DNA of 45,342 bases, from assembly GCA_043811375.1 (NCBI GenBank), contig JBDRNJ010000087.1, forward strand, positions 1 through 45,342, in the 5' to 3' direction. Shown here in pieces: positions 18,058 through 27,901 of this stretch. The notes below the pieces were generated by a model. The model was not told where the DNA came from. It saw only the letters and a list, made by a program, of their open reading frames with translations, and did no database searches. The translations under genes and the position numbers were made by a program. Source of the stretch: a bacterium (GTDB taxonomy: Bacteria; Zixibacteria; MSB-5A5; GN15; FEB-12). Numbering within the stretch: position 1 is the stretch's first letter; every line of letters starts with the position of its first letter.

Positions 18058-18976
18058 CAGACTGACGCGTTTGCTGTGTGGCCCGGCGGATTTTTTCCAG
18101 ATAGCGATCAGCCTTTTTAGTTCGTTTATCGTCGGGGTAGTCGGCACGGAATTCCTCAAACTTTTTTTCGGCCAGGGCATAGTCGCCCTTTTCGAAGGCA
18201 ACCTCACCGCTACGGAAAGCCGCCCGAACTGTCCGGCGCTGCGCCTTTTTTACCCACTCATGTTCCGGAAAAACAATCTGGAAATCCCTGAATTTCTGAT
18301 GAGCCTGATCAAAATGCTTCAGCCGAAACTCCATCTCGGCGTACTGATAGCTGGCCCGGGCGCCGTATTCGGTGTCGGTGTAGTCGTCGATTACTATCTG
18401 GAAATACGTTCTGGCCGCCTCAAGAGCCCGCATCCGACTATAGATCACACCGCTTTCATAGTACTTTCGAGCCAGGCGCATTCGCGCCTGCGACAGGTGG
18501 CTCTGTACATCTTCAATCAGCTCGGATTCGGGGAAGTCGGTGAGAAAGTCCTCGAACTGACGGATGGCTTCGTGTAAATCGTTTTGATCGAGTCCATAGT
18601 TGCCTGGAGTAGCGTAGAAATGGGAGACAGCTCTCATATAGACGGCCTGCTCAAAAAATGCCGAGGCGGGATAATTAATCACCAGACGGTTGAACTCGGC
18701 ACCGGCCAATTCATAATCTTTGTTACTGAAATACGACAGTCCCAGGTAATACTGGGCGGTATCAACAATCGATTCTCCGGGATAGTTGAAGACAACTGAC
18801 TGGAAGTAATCGATAGCTTTGTAATAACGTCCCTTATCATACTCGTGCATACCCAGGTCATAGAATTCGTGGGCACTCATGGTAGCCAGCGATTTGGAGC
18901 CGCCACAACCGCCGCCCATCAACAACAGACCGGATAACGCCGTAACGATAGCGAAAATGAGGGTGAACTTCGTCAA
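18041..18976 (-). CDS. bamD: Outer membrane protein assembly factor BamD (TPR lipoprotein)
   Basis: Lipobox GGG-C, TPR repeats (AQYYLGLSYF, YPAS, DQNDLHEAIRQFEDFLTDFPES). Confidence 0.85.
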   Translation of the reverse strand: MTKFTLIFAIVTALSGLLLMGGGCGGSKSLATMSAHEFYDLGMHEYDKGRYYKAIDYFQSVVFNYPGESIVDTAQYYLGLSYFSNKDYELAGAEFNRLVINYPASAFFEQAVYMRAVSHFYATPGNYGLDQNDLHEAIRQFEDFLTDFPESELIEDVQSHLSQARMRLARKYYESGVIYSRMRALEAARTYFQIVIDDYTDTEYGARASYQYAEMEFRLKHFDQAHQKFRDFQIVFPEHEWVKKAQRRTVRAAFRSGEVAFEKGDYALAEKKFEEFRADYPDDKRTKKADRYLEKIRRATQQTRQSDENES

Positions 18977-19617
18977 ACCTTGTAAGTCTCCTTGAGCATT
19001 TTGTAGTTTCGCAGCACTTTGTTCAGATACTCCGCCGGCAGTGGTTGCTGCTGTCGAATCATCCGGCGCAGGCGTGTTTCTCCCAGATTGTAAGACAGCA
19101 GTGCCTTCTTGAGATCGCCAAATTTGAGAAGCTGTTCAAACAGGTGCAGCGTACCCAGTTTGATATTGGCCTCGGGTTGAAAAAGGGTTTCTGAACCTTC
19201 CCAGTCAACACCGGCTCGGACGGCCACGTCAGCCCCCACAAAAGGGATAACCTGCATTAAACCAAGTGCCCCCATCTCGGATGTCTGACCTTTTCGGAAT
19301 GATGATTCCGTGAGAATGATAGCCAGCACAAACATGGGGTCATATTCGTACTTTTTGCTTTCGTTGTAGATGACATCTGCCAGGCAACTGACTTCCTCTT
19401 CGTTGAAACCGATCTGGAAATCGTCAATGGCCTTGAATATCTGGAGCTTCTCCTCCAGCGCCGTGATACGTTTCTGCTGGTAGGCAATCTGTCTTTCGAG
19501 GTCAAACTTATCTTTGATCAGGTATACCAGCAGCCCGGATTGCAGCAGGTACACCACCACCAGCAGGAAGGCTATCGGTCTTGAAAGAAAGATGCCCAGT
19601 TTCTCGTATTGGATCAT
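18973..19617 (-). CDS. Membrane-anchored lytic transglycosylase (SLT domain)
   Basis: N-terminal TM and coiled coil; ILTESSF, GALGLMQV, NIKLG, SYNLG motifs. Confidence 0.88.
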   Translation of the reverse strand: MIQYEKLGIFLSRPIAFLLVVVYLLQSGLLVYLIKDKFDLERQIAYQQKRITALEEKLQIFKAIDDFQIGFNEEEVSCLADVIYNESKKYEYDPMFVLAIILTESSFRKGQTSEMGALGLMQVIPFVGADVAVRAGVDWEGSETLFQPEANIKLGTLHLFEQLLKFGDLKKALLSYNLGETRLRRMIRQQQPLPAEYLNKVLRNYKMLKETYKV

Positions 19618-19620
19618 ACT

Positions 19621-20946
19621 TCAGGCCTCAACCAGGGTTCCCTTCAGGTCATAACCGTCGGCTGCGTCGATGCGAACAGGGACAATGTCGCCCCGGCTCA
19701 AGCCGGTTCCCAACACGTGAACCTGCTGATCTATTTCGGGACAATCGCCCCGGCTACGGCCGACGGCATGATCGTCATCAGTTACGGCATCAATAATAAC
19801 TTCCTGCCTGCTGTCTATCAAGTCCTCATTTCGGGCGAAGGCAATCTCCTGCTGGAGAGTCATCAACTCATCGAGGCGCGACGCTTTGGTTTCTTCCGGT
19901 ACCTGTCCGCTAAACGCCTCCGCCGGTGTGCCTTCCTCCGGTGAAAAAGCAAAAACACCTAGACGATGGAACTTGTGGGTCGCTACGAAGTCCTTCAGTT
20001 GGGCAAAGTGGCGGTCGGTTTCTCCCGGAAAGCCGACCATAAACGTGGCTCTGAGGGTAGCGTTGGGACTGATATGCCGTATGGACCGAATCAGGACAGC
20101 AGCCCTCTCGCCATCACCAACGGGACGCCTCATAGCGGTCAGAATCTCCGGGACGACGTGTTGCAGCGGCAGATCAAAGTAGTCGAGTGTCTTGTTGTCG
20201 GCGGCCAGATATTCGATCGTCTCCCGGCTCAGTTTGGGCGGATAAAGGTACATCAGGCGAAGCCATCGGAGCTGCTCGACCTGCTCCAGTTGGCGCAGCA
20301 GTGTCACGATTGTCGGCCGACCGGGCAGATCGTATCCGTAGAGTGTCGCTTCCTGAGAGACCAGGATCAGTTCTTTCTTGCCGTGAGAGGCAAGGAATTC
20401 CGCTTCGTCGACCAGTGTGCGGATACTGTGGCTGCGGTAGCTTCCGCGAATACCGGGTATGGCGCAGAAAGTGCACTGGCGGTCGCAGCCATCGGATATT
20501 TTTAGGTAGGCGTAGGGGAAATCGTCAGAGATATACCGATTCTCCCGATCCAGATAGTCAAGACGATGCGATGGCACGCGAATACAGCTTCGATTGGCGA
20601 CACCGGTGGTGATCGTCCGTTCCAGCGCCTCCAGCATGCCCAGCCCGAAAGCACCGTCCAATTCGGGGATATCTGTCAGCAGTTGGTCACCATACCGTTG
20701 CGACAGGCAGCCGGTAGCATACAACCCCCGGAGTTGCCCACTCTTTCGCAAACAGCCCAGTTGCAGGATGGCATCGATAGCTTCTTCTTTCGCCGGCAGA
20801 ATGAAGCCGCAGGTATTGACAATAGCCACATCGGCCTGATCGGGATCAGTCACCGGCTGGTGGCCGGCCTTAATCAAGCAGGCCACCAGGTAATCGGCAT
20901 CGACGTCGTTTTTGGGACAACCCAGCCTGTGGAGATAGAACTTCAC
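19621..20946 (-). CDS. rimO: Ribosomal protein S12 methylthiotransferase
   Basis: LGCPKNDVD, NTCGFI, GCLSQRY, CDRQCTFC radical SAM motif, C-terminal TRAM; GTG start at 20946. Confidence 0.93.
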   Translation of the reverse strand: MKFYLHRLGCPKNDVDADYLVACLIKAGHQPVTDPDQADVAIVNTCGFILPAKEEAIDAILQLGCLRKSGQLRGLYATGCLSQRYGDQLLTDIPELDGAFGLGMLEALERTITTGVANRSCIRVPSHRLDYLDRENRYISDDFPYAYLKISDGCDRQCTFCAIPGIRGSYRSHSIRTLVDEAEFLASHGKKELILVSQEATLYGYDLPGRPTIVTLLRQLEQVEQLRWLRLMYLYPPKLSRETIEYLAADNKTLDYFDLPLQHVVPEILTAMRRPVGDGERAAVLIRSIRHISPNATLRATFMVGFPGETDRHFAQLKDFVATHKFHRLGVFAFSPEEGTPAEAFSGQVPEETKASRLDELMTLQQEIAFARNEDLIDSRQEVIIDAVTDDDHAVGRSRGDCPEIDQQVHVLGTGLSRGDIVPVRIDAADGYDLKGTLVEA

Positions 20947-20950
20947 GGGT

Positions 20951-21559
20951 TCACAGCCTGATTTTTTCCACGGAATCAGGAAAAGTCGGCTCAAAGCGAT
21001 CTTCATCACAGATGCTGTCAAGAAAGACGGACAGGATTACGATGACGTTTCGTTCCTGATTGATATCGAGATACTCCAGCCGTTGCAGCCTGGTCGAATC
21101 GGGAACAAGGAAGATTTCCAGTGAATCGGGCATCTCATCCGAGTCCTCCCGACCCGAACTCAGACGATACAGCCGATACGAATACCCGGGTCGGGTTATC
21201 TGTGTTCGGTAAAACTCGTCAAGACGGGTGAGGAAAGTAATTTCCCGACTTACCGCCGCATCCGGCGGCAGGCGCTCAATAACTACCTGATTGTTCTCGG
21301 AGGAATAGCTGTAGAGAAGGTTCTTATCGTACAGATAATGATCGTTGCCGACTTTCACATTATAGCGGCCGTCGCCGGCGATGTAGGCCGATCCGGCGGC
21401 GGAATCGGCAATTTCGAAAATCTCCGACTGAAGGATACTGATGAATTCGATGTTGCAGCAGTCAGCCCGGGCCAGTTGCCGTTTTATCTCATCAAAGGGG
21501 TCCCTGCCGTTGCCGGAATCGACGGGTATCAACCACAACCAGGAAATTAACAGCCACAT
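20951..21559 (-). CDS. lolA: LolA-like outer-membrane lipoprotein carrier
   Basis: Beta-rich 202 aa; YLYDKNLLYSYSSENNQVVI resembles the LolA signature; conserved position downstream of ftsK. Confidence 0.65.
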   Translation of the reverse strand: MWLLISWLWLIPVDSGNGRDPFDEIKRQLARADCCNIEFISILQSEIFEIADSAAGSAYIAGDGRYNVKVGNDHYLYDKNLLYSYSSENNQVVIERLPPDAAVSREITFLTRLDEFYRTQITRPGYSYRLYRLSSGREDSDEMPDSLEIFLVPDSTRLQRLEYLDINQERNVIVILSVFLDSICDEDRFEPTFPDSVEKIRL

Positions 21560-21649
21560 GATTACACCACCGTTTTATGAGACTGAGGATGCTTTATACC
21601 AGGCACGATACCTTGTCAACCATCACCGATTATACGTAAACCGGCGGCA

Positions 21650-23953
21650 TCAGTTCTGACTGCCTTCGGTGGCGGAAGCGCTGCCCGATGTTGAAAAAAG
21701 TGTTTCGATATAAGCTTTGTCCACCAACACCTCGCGGGCTTTGGAGCCGTCAAAAGTTGAAACAATGCCGGCCTGTTCCAGTTTATCGATCAACCGGGCG
21801 GCGCGCTGGTAGCCGATTCCCAACCGCCGCTGCAACAGTGATACCGAGCCCTGTTTGTGACGCACCACCACCTCGCAGGCTTCTCTGAACAACGGGTCGC
21901 CGAAATCAATCTCGGTCTCCTTCACCTCACCTCTGGCCTGAGAGATATTCTCCAGGGACGGCATCTGCATGCCCTGTTCTTTGATGAACTTGACGATGGC
22001 ATCGGTTTCCCGGTTGGAAACAAAGGCGCCGTGAACTCGCACCGGCTCCGGCTGACCGGGCTGAAGATACAGCATGTCACCGTTGCCCAGGAGTTTCTCA
22101 GCCCCGTTGGCGTCAATGATGGTCCGAGAATCGACTTTGGATGATACCTGAAACGCAATGCGGGCCGGGAAGTTGGCCTTGATCAGTCCCGTGATTACGT
22201 CCACCGATGGCCGCTGAGTAGCCAGAATCAGATGGATACCGACGGCGCGCGCCATTTGAGCCAAACGTGTGATCAGCAGTTCCGTTCGGGAGGAGTTGGC
22301 CGACATGAGCAAGTCGGCCAGTTCGTCCACCATAACGACAATGTAAGGCAGTTGCTTTTGCAGCTCGGTCTGCCGGGAATTATAGTCTTCGATATTGCGT
22401 ACCGAAGCCTCGGCCAGTTTCCGATACCTCCCCTCCATTTCCACCACGACATCAGCCAGCACTTTTTCCGCACGTCTGGGGCTGGTCACTACCGGCCGAC
22501 CCAGGTGCGGTATTGATTTGTAGACGGTCAGTTCCAGCATCTTGGGATCGATCAGGATAAAACGCACCTGGTGAGGGTGCAGTCGATATAGCAGAGAAGT
22601 GATTATGCAGTTGAGACAAACCGATTTACCTGAGCCGGTCGCACCGGCCACCAGCAGATGAGGCAATTTGGACAGATCTGCCACCATTGGTTTGCCGGAC
22701 GTTGTTTTCCCCAGTGCCAGCGGGAGACGCAAACTTGCCTGGGCAAATACTTTCGATGACAAAACATCCTTGAGGTAAACAATCTGTGCCTGCTGATTGG
22801 GTATTTCCACCCCCACGGCTGCTTTTCCGGGAATCGGGGCGACAATGCGAATGCGTTTGGCTTTCAGAGCCAGAGCCAGATCTTCCGACAGGTTGGTAAT
22901 CCGATTAACCTTGATGCCGGTACCCGGCTTGAATTCATAACGAGTGATGACCGGACCGGGAAACTTATCAATGTTGCCGTCGACGACCACGCCAAAAGTC
23001 TCCAGTGTAGTTTCCAACTGACGGGCGGTCAGCGCCAGTTCCTCGCTACTGACAGCTACTGCGGAGTGAGAATCGCTTTCCAGCAGGTCTATCCCCGGAT
23101 AGGAGTAGTCGGCCGAATCGATCTGTAATGGTCCGGCCAGTTTGTCCGGAATTGTCTGGCGTTTGGTTCGCCGGACCGGAGATTCGGCCGGGCTATCATC
23201 TTCCGATTGAGAGGACTCGGTTTTTGCTTCCCTGAGTTCCGGAGATTGAGATTCCGGTGGTTGCTCGTTTTCATCGTCGATGTCACCGTTGCGGCTGAAT
23301 AATCCGGCCAGCCTATTAAAATCAGCCAGACTCTTCAATTTGCCGAAGATCGACAAGCTCCTGTCACGTATTACACCAGCAGCGGGAAAGTGGAGTTTGC
23401 CGACAACCACCGGACCAAACGAGGTAAACAACAGGACAAGTATTAACTCCATGCCGATCAGGCTGATATACGACCCAATCTCACCTACCAGTTTAACTGA
23501 GCCGATAGTCAAATGGGTCGCTGTCAGTCCCCCGCTACAACCGCTGTCACCGGCTAAACCGGGGAAAACAACCAGATGCACGTTGTATATCATGGTGGTC
23601 ATCAATGCCATAATAAACAGCAGCAGGACATAGTGTCGGTAACCGGTGAACCTGTCCGGCGAAACCAGTCGTAATGCCATAGCCAGCAGACCAAAAGGAA
23701 CGAAATAGGCCAGCCAGCCCAGGAGCAGGACAAGCACAAATGACAGGTAACCGCCCAGCATACCGGCCTGGTTGCGGTACTGTAACTCAAAGGGGTTGAG
23801 ATGGCGATCAATCTGACCGGTTATACGCTGGTCATCAAGATGATGATGAGTTACCAGCGATACGAGAATCACGGCTGCCATCAACAGCACCAGTATACCG
23901 GCCGCCTGTCGTTTCCTGACGTTGGTTTTTCCCTTTTTACGCTGCTTCGCCAT
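21650..23953 (-). CDS. ftsK: DNA translocase FtsK
   Basis: 4TM N-terminus, GPVITRYE, PHLLVAGATGSGKS, DELADL, ATQRPSVDVITG, gamma domain LQRRLGIGYQRAARLID; start ATG 23953. Confidence 0.96.
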   Translation of the reverse strand: MAKQRKKGKTNVRKRQAAGILVLLMAAVILVSLVTHHHLDDQRITGQIDRHLNPFELQYRNQAGMLGGYLSFVLVLLLGWLAYFVPFGLLAMALRLVSPDRFTGYRHYVLLLFIMALMTTMIYNVHLVVFPGLAGDSGCSGGLTATHLTIGSVKLVGEIGSYISLIGMELILVLLFTSFGPVVVGKLHFPAAGVIRDRSLSIFGKLKSLADFNRLAGLFSRNGDIDDENEQPPESQSPELREAKTESSQSEDDSPAESPVRRTKRQTIPDKLAGPLQIDSADYSYPGIDLLESDSHSAVAVSSEELALTARQLETTLETFGVVVDGNIDKFPGPVITRYEFKPGTGIKVNRITNLSEDLALALKAKRIRIVAPIPGKAAVGVEIPNQQAQIVYLKDVLSSKVFAQASLRLPLALGKTTSGKPMVADLSKLPHLLVAGATGSGKSVCLNCIITSLLYRLHPHQVRFILIDPKMLELTVYKSIPHLGRPVVTSPRRAEKVLADVVVEMEGRYRKLAEASVRNIEDYNSRQTELQKQLPYIVVMVDELADLLMSANSSRTELLITRLAQMARAVGIHLILATQRPSVDVITGLIKANFPARIAFQVSSKVDSRTIIDANGAEKLLGNGDMLYLQPGQPEPVRVHGAFVSNRETDAIVKFIKEQGMQMPSLENISQARGEVKETEIDFGDPLFREACEVVVRHKQGSVSLLQRRLGIGYQRAARLIDKLEQAGIVSTFDGSKAREVLVDKAYIETLFSTSGSASATEGSQN

Positions 23954-24005
23954 AACACTGTCAAAGTGGAAAATGCGCCTGCAAAAGGCAATTACAAACT
24001 GAGAC

Positions 24006-24035
24006 AAAAAAGGCAGGGACAGCGGCCCCTGCCTT
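24006..24035 (-). terminator. Rho-independent terminator after HU
   Basis: Minus-strand AAGGCAGGG-GCCGCTGT-CCCTGCC followed by TTTTTT, about 20 nt after the HU stop. Confidence 0.75.
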
Positions 24036-24057
24036 ATAAAATACTATAGGTCGCCGC

Positions 24058-24333
24058 CTATTTACGTACGGCCTCCTTGAGGTGCTTGCCGGCCTTAAAG
24101 ACCGGGACCCGAGTTGCCGGGATGCTGATCGAATCACCTGTCTGAGGGTTACGGCCCATGCGAGCTTTACGCTTGGAGACAGAAAATGTCCCAAAACCGG
24201 CAAAGCTGACCTTCTTGCCTTTCTTGAGTTGACCGGTTACGCCTGTCATAAACGCCTGCAGAGCTTCGGTAGCCTGCCTCTTGTTGATACCGGACTGGGA
24301 AGCCATAATGGCAATCATCTCGTCCTTTGTCAT
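24058..24333 (-). CDS. hup: HU family DNA-binding protein
   Basis: MTKDEMI...GFGTFSV...RMGRNPQTG...PVFKAGKHLKEAV; AGGAGG RBS. Confidence 0.96.
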   Translation of the reverse strand: MTKDEMIAIMASQSGINKRQATEALQAFMTGVTGQLKKGKKVSFAGFGTFSVSKRKARMGRNPQTGDSISIPATRVPVFKAGKHLKEAVRK

Positions 24334-24478
24334 CAGGTATCCCTCCTTGGGTAATAAAGGGTTTGGGTTCTAATGTTTCTTTCATTGATAATAGTGATTG
24401 AATAATCCAGTTAAGTCAACATAAAAAAAGGATAAAAACCGGTAAAAAACGGCTCCGGCCAAGGGTTTTGGAGTGCCG

Positions 24479-27400
24479 TCAACGACGGCGGAGGACTCCG
24501 CTGGAGAAAGTATCGTAGTTCTGGTCCACCTTGACTTCCGGTAAAGCGGTTACATTGAGACGGAAACCGAATCCCCGGTTGGAGCCGATCGGCACCCACC
24601 ACAGGTGACCCGTCCAGCAGTGAATCGTCCGTACAATGTTGACCGAGTTCTGCACGGTAAATTTCTTCACAACATCGTAGCGTTGCGAATAGGCGATGGT
24701 GGTATTCGGAGTCAGATTGAATCCGAGCGAGAAATTGACGAAGCTGTTTTTTTGGTAATTCTGTTCCCGACCACTTTCCTGGAAACTGTAAGTGACCTGC
24801 AGATTCCATCCCTGCCGTCCCTGAGCCGGTGAAGAGTCGGTGACATCGGCGGCGGAGTCGGCCCCCTGTGGCATCACGGCCGGAAAATCGTCAAACAGGA
24901 ATCGGCTGCCGGTCAACGTGAAAGAAGTATTAAGACTGAAACCCATCAGATAGGGTGACCAGAAATCCAGTTCATCCGTTTCGGGCTTATAGAAGGAATG
25001 GGTCATGTTGCCGCTGAGGGTAATCTTCGGCAGGGTGGAAATGCTGAAACTCGTGCCCAGATTGGAGAAGGGCCTGTCAAAATTCTCGAAATCATGAGAA
25101 AAACCGGAAGTTATCGACAACAGTTGCAGGTTCTTTTCCTGCTCGCCCTGGCGGGCTTTGCCTTGAAACAACTGATTCACCGAGAGAGCCATCCTGGAAC
25201 TCTTACTGCTGCCGGCGCCGCCACCGGCGAAACTCCTGACCTCCGGATGGCGGTCGATATCGGGCGAAAAGGAGTACGAAACGGTCGGCGAGATGACATG
25301 ACGCAAACCGGTTAATCCGAAGATGTTGGGGTAAACGGTGCCGTAGAGTGCTGTTTTAAACCCGGCACCACCGCTGTAAGAGTAGGTGCGATAAGTTTTG
25401 GAGGCGTCTATCTCTGCATCTCGGGACTGGTCGGTCTCGAAGATCTTAAACCAGGTTTCGGCGTAGTTAATATTGGGTGTCAGCAGAAAGTACTTCGCCA
25501 GCTTGATCGTGGGCAGGCTCAGCCTGGGATTGTGGTTGATCTTGGCGTACTTGATACGGCTGCGGTAGTCTACCTGGTGTTCGGTGGTATCGACCAGCAC
25601 CGAATCGGTGATCGTAGTATCATAAGTAATATATGTGGAGTCTTTCATGACGCGGCGAGAGTAGTTGACCAGACTGGGGTTGTACCTGATCTGGGTGTTT
25701 TGAAACCATTTCTGTTCCAGCCGTCCTTCGTCGTTGAGCCGACCGCTGCCGAATGGGAACAGGGTCGGCAATGATATTGACATCGAAGGAAGGTAGTCGG
25801 TGCGGGATTCACGGTCCAGGTCAACATCATGTTTGATATTTCCGGATACCGCGGCATTGGCGCCGAACTTTTTCGAGAAGTTGAGGCGAGAAGAAACGAC
25901 CCGATTGAGCCGCTCTTCCATATTGGAGGAGTAGTCGGTATAATAGTCGGCATCCGACTGATAACTGCCGCCGGCGCTGATGTTGAACGACGGTGAGATC
26001 GTGTGCTGGTAAGTGGCGTTGACCACGTAGCGACGGCTTTTGTTCTCGGCTGCCACCGACGGGTTGTAGTGAATGTTGCGAGTGTATCTGCTGCTTACGG
26101 AACCATCCAGCACGTAGCGCTTCCTGAAAGTTGCCCGGTTGTTGACGGTGAAATCGCGGTTTTCCTCATGGTAATCAAACGAACCCTGCCAGTCCCAGTA
26201 TTCGGACGCCGCCCAGTAGTACCCGACATCGCGCACGTAGCGGTCACCCTTCTCGAAACGACCAAACGAGAACGGCAAAAAACCGGAATGCCGACCCTTC
26301 TTAAGGGGGAATACATAATACGGGATAACCATAATCGGCAGGCGACCGATATAAAACACGACCGGTTTGGCTATCAGCTTCTCTCCCTCGATCAGTTTCA
26401 TTGATGACGAATGAAAATGATAGTGCGGCTCGCCCTCATCGCAGGTGGTGTAGCGACCGCCATCGATATAGAAGATGTGTTTCTGTTCCCTAAACAGTTT
26501 GCGGCCGTAGTAAAAGCCGGCCTCGTAGTCGGACTTGGACTGAACGATGCGGCCCTTCTCGGTATCAATCGAATACTCCAGGTAGTCACCGTAGAGTTCG
26601 TCATTGCCGTCCTTGAGGATAACCGGGATGGCATTGGGCAACAGGTTAGCGGAATCCGACCCGGGCCTTACGGTCGTGTCGGTACTGTCCGCAAATATCG
26701 AATCGATATCGGCCGAGAAGGCTTCGATCACCCGGCGGCGGGTGTCGAACAGAATCTCCTGGGCATCAAGCGCAACCGACCCTGACTCGACGTGCGAGGC
26801 TTCGCGCAGGCTGATTACAGAATCCACCAGATTGTACCGGATGAAGCGGGAGCTGTAGTCAACGGTGTCGATTACCGGTGGTGTCAGCGTATCATCGCCG
26901 GTGAGTTGACCGGAGACAAAGGTGCCGATGGCGCCGTCGATTACGTCGACTTTTATGAGCCTCTCCCCGTCCACGGTGAACCTGATGGTGTCGCCGGAGA
27001 CCGAGTTTTCATGAAACTCGTTCGATCCCCTGGTGGAAGGATAGTACCAGGAATAGGCCTGACCGTAACAGAGGACATTGTCCAGTTTTCCCTGTCGCAT
27101 ATCGAGTGTGATACGGTCGCCCTTCAGCACCGAACGGTCAAAACCTGTTTCGGCGGAATCAATCGGCTCGGAAAATTCTCCCTGAGCTGAGTCGAATACG
27201 TCTATCCGGTCCAGCAAGTCATCCCGGAAAGCAACCATGATAAACTCACCGGTCACCTCGGAGTTGCCCCGCGTGGCCCGGGGATTTCCGAAAAGATCGA
27301 GTGAGTTATCGGCTGTGTTCATTATGGCGCAGTCGGAATATGAGGTCATGTCCTGCGAAGTAATAATCACCGAACCGTTGGCCTCAGCCCTGTCGGCGGG

Positions 27401-27901
27401 GGCGTCGTACTCAATACGGTCGGCTATAACTTCCACCATACGGGCGGAGTCGGGATAATTCAAATAAAGTATGGGCCTGTCATCCATATGGAAAAAGTCA
27501 TTGCGGTTGTCGAAATAGGCGTGCAGACCGGCTGCGTAAAGCGAGTCCCGGTATGACCATATTTCGACGTTGCTGCCGTAAGCATCTGCTTCGGAGGTAA
27601 TCAGGTTATAAAAGACGGAATCGGCGGTCAGGCGGTTGTCCGGATTATCGAGTATCACCTGTCCGATGAGCCTGACATTATCTCCCGGGCGCCAGACGGC
27701 GGAATCACAATAAATACGACCGCTGTCTGTCTGAATAATGACATCATCAACCAGGTAATTGACGTAATCTTCACCTTCCAGAACGACCCACCATTGTCGA
27801 GCCTGTTCCACTTGTATGCGTCCGGTCTGCCGGGTGTAGCTTGTCGTCGTGATCAGGCAGATGAACCCCAAAAGACAGGCTGTCGCCCACACTTTAGGCA
27901 T
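24479..27901 (-). CDS. lptD: LPS assembly protein LptD with extended N-terminal OstA/LptA-like region (1140 aa)
   Basis: Repeated ADS/ADRI/GDTI jellyroll-like strands; GRYTTCD..PHYHF, KKGRHSGFL; C-terminal RTIHCW barrel end. Confidence 0.85.
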   Translation of the reverse strand: MPKVWATACLLGFICLITTTSYTRQTGRIQVEQARQWWVVLEGEDYVNYLVDDVIIQTDSGRIYCDSAVWRPGDNVRLIGQVILDNPDNRLTADSVFYNLITSEADAYGSNVEIWSYRDSLYAAGLHAYFDNRNDFFHMDDRPILYLNYPDSARMVEVIADRIEYDAPADRAEANGSVIITSQDMTSYSDCAIMNTADNSLDLFGNPRATRGNSEVTGEFIMVAFRDDLLDRIDVFDSAQGEFSEPIDSAETGFDRSVLKGDRITLDMRQGKLDNVLCYGQAYSWYYPSTRGSNEFHENSVSGDTIRFTVDGERLIKVDVIDGAIGTFVSGQLTGDDTLTPPVIDTVDYSSRFIRYNLVDSVISLREASHVESGSVALDAQEILFDTRRRVIEAFSADIDSIFADSTDTTVRPGSDSANLLPNAIPVILKDGNDELYGDYLEYSIDTEKGRIVQSKSDYEAGFYYGRKLFREQKHIFYIDGGRYTTCDEGEPHYHFHSSSMKLIEGEKLIAKPVVFYIGRLPIMVIPYYVFPLKKGRHSGFLPFSFGRFEKGDRYVRDVGYYWAASEYWDWQGSFDYHEENRDFTVNNRATFRKRYVLDGSVSSRYTRNIHYNPSVAAENKSRRYVVNATYQHTISPSFNISAGGSYQSDADYYTDYSSNMEERLNRVVSSRLNFSKKFGANAAVSGNIKHDVDLDRESRTDYLPSMSISLPTLFPFGSGRLNDEGRLEQKWFQNTQIRYNPSLVNYSRRVMKDSTYITYDTTITDSVLVDTTEHQVDYRSRIKYAKINHNPRLSLPTIKLAKYFLLTPNINYAETWFKIFETDQSRDAEIDASKTYRTYSYSGGAGFKTALYGTVYPNIFGLTGLRHVISPTVSYSFSPDIDRHPEVRSFAGGGAGSSKSSRMALSVNQLFQGKARQGEQEKNLQLLSITSGFSHDFENFDRPFSNLGTSFSISTLPKITLSGNMTHSFYKPETDELDFWSPYLMGFSLNTSFTLTGSRFLFDDFPAVMPQGADSAADVTDSSPAQGRQGWNLQVTYSFQESGREQNYQKNSFVNFSLGFNLTPNTTIAYSQRYDVVKKFTVQNSVNIVRTIHCWTGHLWWVPIGSNRGFGFRLNVTALPEVKVDQNYDTFSSGVLRRR

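Noticed and set aside
17446..18207. Long N-terminal extensions in the ORF track for nadD (also rimO, ftsK, aroB, dapF and the peptidase)
   Set aside because: They overlap upstream genes or terminators, or add sequence with no family resemblance; downstream starts match family N-termini and ATGA coupling
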